Assembly: GCF_009914755.1 (NCBI RefSeq) | Contig: NC_060938.1 | Length of the DNA stretch: 64,000 nt | Origin: the human T2T-CHM13v2.0 reference genome, Homo sapiens | Strand: one strand, 5' to 3' | Part shown: positions 56,312 to 64,000 of the stretch, one piece after another | How the letters are laid out: the number at the start of each line of letters is the position of its first letter | Position numbering within the stretch: the stretch's first letter is position 1 | The notes under the pieces: generated by a model | What the model was told of the DNA's origin: nothing | Database searches by the model: none | Seen by the model: the letters and a program-made list of their open reading frames with translations, nothing else | Position numbers and translations under genes: made by a program

Positions 56312-56500
56312 CTTGACCACATCCATGTATTTTGTCTGCACGGGGAACAGTGGGATATCCTCATCTTTCTTGAGCGTTTTGTAAATCTTCTTAAAGTTGA
56401 TCACATCCTCAGGCCCAATGAGCATCAGACTGAGGCCTTCATTGGTAGCTCGAGCAGTTCGACCACTTCGGTGGACATAAATCTCCGAGGTACGTGGGAC
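56312..56500 (-). CDS. DDX24: DDX24 exon with helicase motif VI (YVHRSGRTAR)
   Basis: Acceptor ctgtggcag|GTC and donor AAG|gtagaa; 189 nt. Confidence 0.96.
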
Positions 56501-57497
56501 CTGCCACAGGAAGAACTGGGAGATCAATACATGGCCACTGCCAAACACTGGTCCTCTCCTCAGGGCCACATCCCCAAACCAGACCCTCCTACCTCCCAGC
56601 CAGGCAGGTAGAAACTTCTGCAGCATTGTAGAGCAATCTAGCCCTCCTCTCTTAGTCCCACATTCAAAATGTTCCCAGGTTTAGCCCATTCACTGTGTAG
56701 GCTCTTCCCTCCCATGCCCCTGACCCTGGTTCAGGTCCTCAGGACCATGCAGCCAGACCACAGCAGTCACTTCTTATCCAGGATTTAAGCAGCCCAGCTC
56801 CACAGACCATGTTAATCCCTGGGTTATACGGTCTCTACTCCTATATATATTTTATCCATAGATAATGTGGCATGGTTGCTAACACACCCACTGAGCCCCT
56901 GGCACACACCATTAATCAAGCACAACAGTCTTCTCCACTGGGCCCAGATAACATCTAGGTATCCTTTTCAATACAGTACTTTAAGTAGCCACTATGAACT
57001 GTTCATAAGAGTTCTAGAAATGAGATTTGCCTTTCTTTACTTACAGGATAAAGGCCCAACTCTTCAACCTGACACTCAGCGCCTTTAGTGACTTGCCCTC
57101 AACTTACCCCTCCAGCCTCAGCAACTATTCCTTTCCCAACACATACCCTCTTCTCACTGTGAGCCAAGTGCCCCTGAACACTGCCCATTTCTTTGCTCCT
57201 TCCTTTAATGCCTCTATATGTCCAAATCCTCTTCACCCTTAAATGCCAGGCATGTTTTTAGAAAGTACTTTCCAACCTCCCAAACTAGAAGTTACCTCTC
57301 TCTTCCATTGTATTTTGTAATTTTCTAATACCTTCTGCCTTAAATTATGGCTGTGGTCATCTCACCTCCTCTGCTGGATCCAATACTTCTTAGGGGCTGG
57401 GACTGTATTTGATTCATCTTGACTCCACAAAGGTTGACCCAGCTCCTTCCCCAAAAAAGGGAAGACTATAGAGATTTGCTAAACCAAAATTAGCACC

Positions 57498-58257
57498 TGT
57501 GATACAGTGAAATATGTATTTGCTCTTCATCCTGTTTCCTGGCAAAGGAATCTCAAAAGTAATGTCTTTTTGTATACTAATGACAAACTATTGACTGATG
57601 GCTGATAGCCCCCCAGGTAGTTTCAGGATGGGGGCTGGTCACCAGAAAGGCCAAGGCAGGATTAGAAGGTTGGGACTTGCAGCACTACTTCCTAAAGGCC
57701 AATGGCTTAATTAATCATCTTACCCAATGAAGTCTCCATAAATATTCCTAAAGGACAGAGTTTGGAGAACTTTTGAATAAGCTGAATATGTGGACATTCC
57801 TGGAGGGTGGTGTACCCAGGAGGGGCATGGCAACTCCATGCTCCTTCCCCTGTACCTCAGCCTATACATCTCCCCATCTATATTCTTTGTAATATCCTCT
57901 ATAATAAACTGGTAAATGTGTTTCTTTTAGTTCTGAGAGCTGCTGTAGCAAATTAATTGAACCCAAAGCGGGGGGTCATGAGAACCCCAACTTGAAGCTG
58001 GTTGGTCAGAAGTTCCAGAGGCCCTGACTTATCGACTGGTTGCGGGGAGGAGGGACATCTTGTGGGATCTGAGGCTATCTCCAGGAAGACAGCATCAGAA
58101 AATGAAACTAAATTAGAGGACACCCAGCTGGTGGCTGCTGCTTGATATGTGGTGAAAAACGCCCACACATTTGGTTACAGAAGTCTTCTATGTTGATTGT
58201 TGTTGTGAAGTGAGAGAATGGGAAAAAGCACTGTGAGTTTGTTGTTTCTCTGAAACA
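57498..58257 (+). mobile_element. MER21-type solo LTR in a DDX24 intron
   Basis: TG...CA termini (tgtgatacagtgaaatatgtatttg...ctgaaaca), an internal AATAAA at 57903, and 5-bp flanks gcacc/gcagc. Confidence 0.82.
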
Positions 58258-59137
58258 GCAGCCTAAAAGATTTTTAAAAGCACAAAGAGGAATTAAAGAG
58301 GAAAAATGATAATGCCATACCAGCTACCATTTATTGAGTACTTACACTGTGCTACCGGCTTCATCAGCATCAGCTCAATTTAATTCTCAGGATAACCCTA
58401 TGGGGTAGCTAGTTGTTACTTCCAGTTTACAAACAATGACACTGAAACCAGAGGTACTAAATAACTTGCCTAAAGCTAACCAACTATGAAGCAGCAGACT
58501 GGGGATTCAAAGCCTGGCAGTCTGGCTCCGGTGCCCATACTCCTAACCAAAATTTTATGCTGATATTCACTAGATGCACACACTAATATTACTGCTACTA
58601 TCAATGGCAGTTAACATGAGTAAGTGCTTGCAATGTGCCAGGTGGCTTCTTAAGCTCTTTATACTTAGTAACTTATTTTACCTCAGTAAGAACCCTAAGA
58701 AGCAGGTACTCACTGCCATTTAATACATGAGAAAACTGAGATACAGAGAGATTACATGACTTGTTCAAGGTTACACAGCTGGGATTTGAGCCCAGAGAGA
58801 TCTAAACTACCACACTCTTCTATTAATACTTCTCTACATCAGGGTAACCAATTACATGCTTAACTTATGCCCATTTCACAGAAAAAACTAAGACTCTAAC
58901 CTGACAATATCAAGTAGCTTGGAGAGAAGGGCTACTTGACATGAGACAAAGCAAGGTTTTCTGGAGACCAAATCTCAGCAGTGTTGCAAAAGTGGGAGTA
59001 GTGGGCACTCGATGCCAGTGGTATTCTCTGATGCAAGAGCCTTGGAACCAACAATTCCTCCTCCCTCCCCCAACCTTTGCCTTAAAAATTCCCCATTCAG
59101 TGCAGGCAGATGCCTATAAATTTTCAGATGCCCCTAC

Positions 59138-59213
59138 CTGGTAATGGATGACATGCTGGACTTTAGGAATATCCAGACCCCGAGCTGCCACATCTGTTGC
59201 CAAGAGAACACAG
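59138..59213 (-). CDS. DDX24: DDX24 exon with motif V: CVLLATDVAARGLDIPKVQHVIHYQ
   Basis: Acceptor ctctctctaccccag|C and donor CAG|gtaggg; 76 nt. Absent from the ORF track and translated manually. Confidence 0.96.
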
Positions 59214-60104
59214 CTGGGGTAGAGAGAGAAAGCTTATTAATAATAACTAACAGCTATCTTTAATCAAATTCTTACCAACTGCTGAGCATCCTAAACATTA
59301 CAGTCCTTACCAATACTCTGTAAGATATCACTTGTATACCCTTTTACAGAAAAACTGAGGCTCGGAGAGATTAACTTCCCAAGCTATCTACATGGCTATT
59401 CAGCTGTGGAGTCTGGATCCAAATTTGGGACTCATTGACCCCAACCAACATGCCATACTCTGCAATGATAAAGACTCCCTTCAGTGAGTTAAATGAGGCC
59501 ATACATATTCTGGGTCAGTGACTCCTCTCCTAGCACCCTCTCATTTACTTCCTCCCAGTGGCACACAGACTTCCTTGCTCTTCCCCAAACAAACCAAGCA
59601 TGCTCTCACCTCCAAGCCTTTGCACTTGCTACTCCTTAAGGCCTTAAAGGGTCTTGCCTCAGATGTCCATATGACTCACTTCATTACTTTCTTCAGCTCT
59701 CTGCTCAATTCTCACTTCATCAGAGACTGACCACACATACCCAATCTCTTTTCTCCAACCCCTGCTCGACTTACTTCTTAGGATCACTTGGCAGACTGTG
59801 GGCTTACTTTGCAATTTATTATCTCCCTCTACTAGAATGTAAGCTTCATGAGAGCAAGGACTTTGCATTACTCACTGCTGTTATTACCACCACAGAGAAC
59901 AACATCTGGTTCATGGTAAGCACTTGATAAATGTGTTGGATGATGTTTCTCAATGTGTGGTTCATGGAAAGTCAAAAGTACTTGAGGTGCTTCAAAACAT
60001 AAGACTCTGGCCCTTCAGGGTCCTCACTCCCTGCATGTCTGAGCTGAGGCCGGGAAATGCAATGCAAATCCTAGTTTGTAAAACATTAAACTACTGCTCT
60101 GGAT

Positions 60105-60440
60105 CAAGGTCAGCAAACTTTTTCTGTAAAGAGCCAGAGAGCATTTCCAGCTTTGTGAACCACACAGTCTCTATGGCAACTATTCAACTCTGCCGCAAAA
60201 GAGGATATTGACAATACATAAATGGGTCTTGCTGTGTTCCAGTAAAACGTCTACTAAAAAAACAGGCAGCAGCCAGGTGTGATGGCATGCACTGGTAGTC
60301 CTAGCTACTTAGGAGGCTAAGGTGGGATTGCTTGAGCCCGTGAGTTCAAGTCTAACCTGGGCAACATAGCAAGACCCCATCTTAGAAAAAAAAAGGGCAG
60401 CAAGCAAGATTTGGCACGAGGCCTATAGTTTGCCAAGCCT
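60105..60440. mobile_element. MER58A-like element interrupted by an Alu monomer (~60271-60394)
   Basis: ggtcagcaaactttttctgtaaag.gccag...gtctct..gcaactattcaactctgcc and tagtttgccaa. Confidence 0.8.
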
Positions 60441-61413
60441 TGTTCTAAGCTAATCTCAGTAAACCACTGATACTACTTACCAATTTTTAAAAACCAGTAA
60501 ATCAAACACTTGTTCTAGAAACTAATTACCCCATGACCTGACAAAACACTGGCAAAAGACACTTTGTAGTCTGCCTCAACTTTCCAGGCCCTCATCTTGA
60601 CAATCTGCACCCCATTCCCTGAGCATCAGTCTGGTCCAAAGGCAGATGGACAAAGACATCAGGAATAAGAAATAGCATGGGCTCTGAGGTCCGACAGGCT
60701 TGTCTGAGGCCCAGCTCTACCACTTCCAGGCAGAGAAACCTTGGGCACACTGATCAGCTTTTCTAGACCTCATTTTTCCATCTATAAATGAGAATAGTGA
60801 TAATGGTAATAAGTAGTAAAGGGACTAGAAATTATTAAAGCTAACATTTAGCAATATATACATACTATGTGCTAGAGACTGTTCTAAACACTTTACACGC
60901 ATGAATTTACAATCAATCTTCATAACAACCCTAGAATGGGTTCTATTATTATCCAAATAATGAGAAAATTAAAGTACAGAGAAATTAAATAACTTGACCA
61001 CCTAAGGAGTGACAGAACTAGGATTTGATTTCAGGCATTCTGGTTCCAGGATCTGTGCTCTTAACCATGAATCTATTCTGCTTCCTCTTAAGGATGTTAG
61101 GAGAGTAACTGAATGTGATTCTGAATCTAAAGTGCCAGCACAGGACCTAATCTATTGTCTATACATTCAATATTATGTATTGTCACCTATATTCATTAGT
61201 ATTGAAGTTTCTGTATGGCATTTAACTGCAACCAAATTCACTAAATGACAGTAACCTTGCCAAATGCTGTGCAAAAAAAAAAAAAGGCTACCTACTACTG
61301 AGACAAGGCCCCTATGACAGAAGGTGGCTTTTCTACCATTTCCCCACCATCCTGACCCCTTTTACCCCAGTAACTAACTAGAGGTTAAGCCTCTGGGGAC
61401 AGTCCTAACTTAC

Positions 61414-61929
61414 TCTTCCAGACGGGCAAACTGCTCCAGGTTTCTGAGCCTCTGCTTCTGGTGCATACAGGCATGCAGGGTCAAGGGCATGATATCAAGG
61501 ACTTTGAGGAGCCCAGAGAGGCGTTTGATGCAGGAGATACTGTTGGCAAACACTAAGCTGCGGCCTGGATACTGCATCAGGAAGTAGTACAAGTAGAAGT
61601 CTTTCTCATCAGTCTCACAATGGATCTTGGTCTCTGTTAGCGTCTCCACCGTGGCCTCATTCCTTGTGAGGTCAATGACCTTGGGCTTGCCCCTCATGCC
61701 AATTTTCTGCATAAGGAGGTCAAGTTTGGCTGTTTTATCCATTTTCTTGGTGTGCTTCTTATGAAGGATTCGAGCAGGAGCCTGATGCACCAGGGTGAGT
61801 GTGGCAGAAAAAACAAGCGTTTGTCTCTTTGGGTTGTATTGGGAGTCATTGAGCATCTCTAGCAGCTGTGAGAGCTCAGCAAAATGGCCTTTCTCAACCA
61901 TCCGGTCAGCCTCATCCACTACCAGGCAC
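61414..61929 (-). CDS. DDX24: DDX24 exon with the DEAD box (61905-61916), SAT, motif IV (LVFANS) and QKQR
   Basis: Acceptor tctgcag|G and donor GA|gtaagt; 516 nt, corresponding to ORF 61410..61919. Confidence 0.97.
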
Positions 61930-62228
61930 CTGCAGATCCAGAGAGACCCATATCATTGGTCAGCAGCGGGTTAAGAGGAATCATCTATAGCACACCCTAC
62001 ACTCATCCTAAACACACACACACACACACGTACACACCCCACTACCACCACCACCATCAGGCCCTCAACTAATCTCCCTCATGCACTCTTGGCTTTCTAA
62101 AGGCCAGGGTCTGGATGATACCACACCATAGCATTCTGCGATGAGAAGAAGGCATTGCCCACACCATGTCACCTAAGGCTCATTTCAGAAAAGGCAGTGA
62201 GGGGGAAAAGAGAAGTGCCATCTATTAC

Positions 62229-62382
62229 CTGAGCTGCCGAAGGTTCCTCAAATGATAATGCTTTTCTTTAATTAATTCCCACAGCCGGCCTGGAGTAGCA
62301 ACCACAATCTCAGGACGACGGTTCAGCATCCTCTGCTGTTTCTGCGTGGACATTCCACCAACCAAAATAGCAGTTTTAATTC
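62229..62382 (-). CDS. DDX24: DDX24 exon with GG doublet and motif ATPGRL
   Basis: Acceptor ttttctgtcccatag|GA and donor AG|gtaata; 154 nt; IKTAILVGGMSTQKQQRMLNRRPEIVVATPGRLWEL. Confidence 0.96.
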
Positions 62383-62971
62383 CTATGGGACAGAAAACAT
62401 AAGGGACACTTATTCAATCTGGGTGATCATTTTCTTACATGGCTGACACAGGCACCCCAGATTAGCAGAGACAGACATCAGCACAGTGTAATGCCCTAGA
62501 GCATTGCTAAAAGAGCAGGCCTGGCCAGACTGTTGACGCCACTCCTAGAGGGCTTACCAAGTCTTCTGTGATCTGAGCTCTACTTCTTCAGCCTCATTTC
62601 TTTTCTACTCCCTCCCCTCCAACCACACCAAAGGGGCTGAATTTGAACCCAGGTATGCTTACCTCCAAAGCTCTGGGAAAACGGAGCACTGGGGCACCAT
62701 AATGCTGGGAGGAATATGACCTGCAGCTGTGCTACACCTCTCCTAGGAAGCCCTTCCATTCCCTCAGTTAGAATTATTCTGAAAGGTCCACTAATGCCCT
62801 GTTGTTTTCGTCTCTGGTGCAGAAATTCTCATAGTATCATGTGGGTAAAGGGCTTAGCAATAGTAACAACTTGGTAATTAATTGCTGCTTTCATTATAAA
62901 ATTAAGATTCCCAGAGTGAAGCCCTTCCCAGAGTGAATTCCCTGAGAGAATTAAATCCTAATAGCTTAGAG

Positions 62972-63174
62972 CAGGGATCAGCCAACTTTTTCTGAAAGGG
63001 TCACTAGTGAACATTACTGACCTCATAGGCCAGATGGTCTCTGTCACAACTATTAACTCTACTCAACTTCACCTTTGTAGTACAAAACCAACCACAGACA
63101 ATATAAAACCAAATGGGTGTGGGTGTGTTCCGGCAAAACTTTATTTATAAAACCAGACAGTTTGCTAATCCCTG
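62972..63174. mobile_element. MER58A-like element
   Basis: cagggatcagccaactttttctg...ggtctctgtcacaacta...aaaactttattta...gtttgctaatccctg. Confidence 0.8.
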
Positions 63175-63412
63175 CCCTGAGCATCTACTGTATCCAATAA
63201 ATTTCCTATGCATCCACAATGGCACCAACCATGTATTATCCTTGAGGGAACTGAAAAAATGTCACTATATCAATTTTCTGTAGGGCTTAATTGTCTGGCT
63301 TATAGATGAGAGTGGCTTACCCTAGAGGGCAGGAGCCACAGCTCATTCATCTTTACCAACGAGCATTTGGGATTTACCTAGAAAATATTTATTAAATGGA
63401 ACTAAACCTCAC

Positions 63413-63937
63413 CTGTAAACCTGGCCACAGCATCAATGTGCTGTTTGACCTGGACGGCCAGCTCTCGAGTGGGAGTCAGAACCAGTCCAAGCAGAGGACG
63501 CTTTGGATATGCCTTACAGGTGGCGCTTTTGTCATCCAACTCCTGTTTTAGATTTCCAGTCTGCTCTTTATCAAGATTTTCCTCCTCATTCTCATTCTGT
63601 TTGGGAACAGGTTTCTCCCTGATCAGGGAAGAAGGCCCTTCACCAGCATCATCGTCACCAAAGAGCAACGCCTGGTCTGAGACAGTGCCTCCAGTCTTGG
63701 CTCTGGCCTCGGCTGCAATATCACTGGGCAGTGCTTCACTCTCAATTACAGTATCGTCAGGCAATGCATCAGACTCAGCTTCAGCCTTGCCTGGTGATCT
63801 AGTCTCAGCTCCGGCCTCAGTTCTGGTCTCTCCAGGTGGTGCTTCGGTGTTACTTGAAGGAGGGGCAGCATTCCTCTTCTGCCACTGCAACACCGCATGA
63901 ATCATTGGGATGGCAAAGGCAAGAGTTTTCCCACTTC
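63413..63937 (-). CDS. DDX24: DDX24 exon with motif I (GSGKT), a large acidic insert and motif Ia (PTRELA)
   Basis: Acceptor ttttacttttaag|GA and donor ACAG|gtgagg; 525 nt. The seven exons join in frame for 619 codons to the stop; upstream exons lie beyond the window. Confidence 0.96.
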
Positions 63938-64000
63938 CTTAAAAGTAAAAAAACAAAACAAAGTAAAAACAGTGTGAATCAACAGATGAACATACTTTAG

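Noticed and set aside
63436-63900. 154-aa plus-strand ORF, and likewise 56054..56611, 2066..2665 and 5816..6340
   Set aside because: Antisense shadows of real DDX24 or CCDC197 exons, with no independent splice or promoter evidence.

Overview
Primate, almost certainly human, genomic DNA with abundant Alu, L1, MaLR and MER repeats. The gene content and order match the CCDC197 (LINC00521/C14orf48) - OTUB2 - DDX24 locus at 14q32; this assignment rests on recognising the translated exons, not on a database search. Three spliced genes can be reconstructed with GT-AG introns and consistent phases. (1) The 3' five coding exons of CCDC197 (+; 898-10127), a CCDC42/CFAP73-like coiled-coil protein, plus a probable non-coding terminal exon at 12888-~13010. 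(2) The complete OTUB2 deubiquitinase gene (+): CpG-island promoter at ~27.6-28.4 kb, ATG at 27853, six coding exons, 234 aa, stop at 47237 and a ~3 kb 3'UTR. (3) The 3' seven coding exons of DEAD-box helicase DDX24 (-; 63937 to 52506), convergent with OTUB2. I see no prokaryotic features, CRISPR arrays or RNA genes, and no wholly new system. The best leads are regulatory: a tail-to-tail OTUB2/DDX24 3'UTR overlap implied by poly(A) signals; an NMD-type architecture for CCDC197; a pyrimidine-poor OTUB2 exon-5 acceptor with an in-frame competitor AG; a phase-compatible cryptic terminal exon in the OTUB2 3'UTR; a cluster of CRE sites plus a CpG-retaining MLT1 LTR; a near-perfect CTCF site; and a closely spaced inverted Alu pair beside a DDX24 acceptor.
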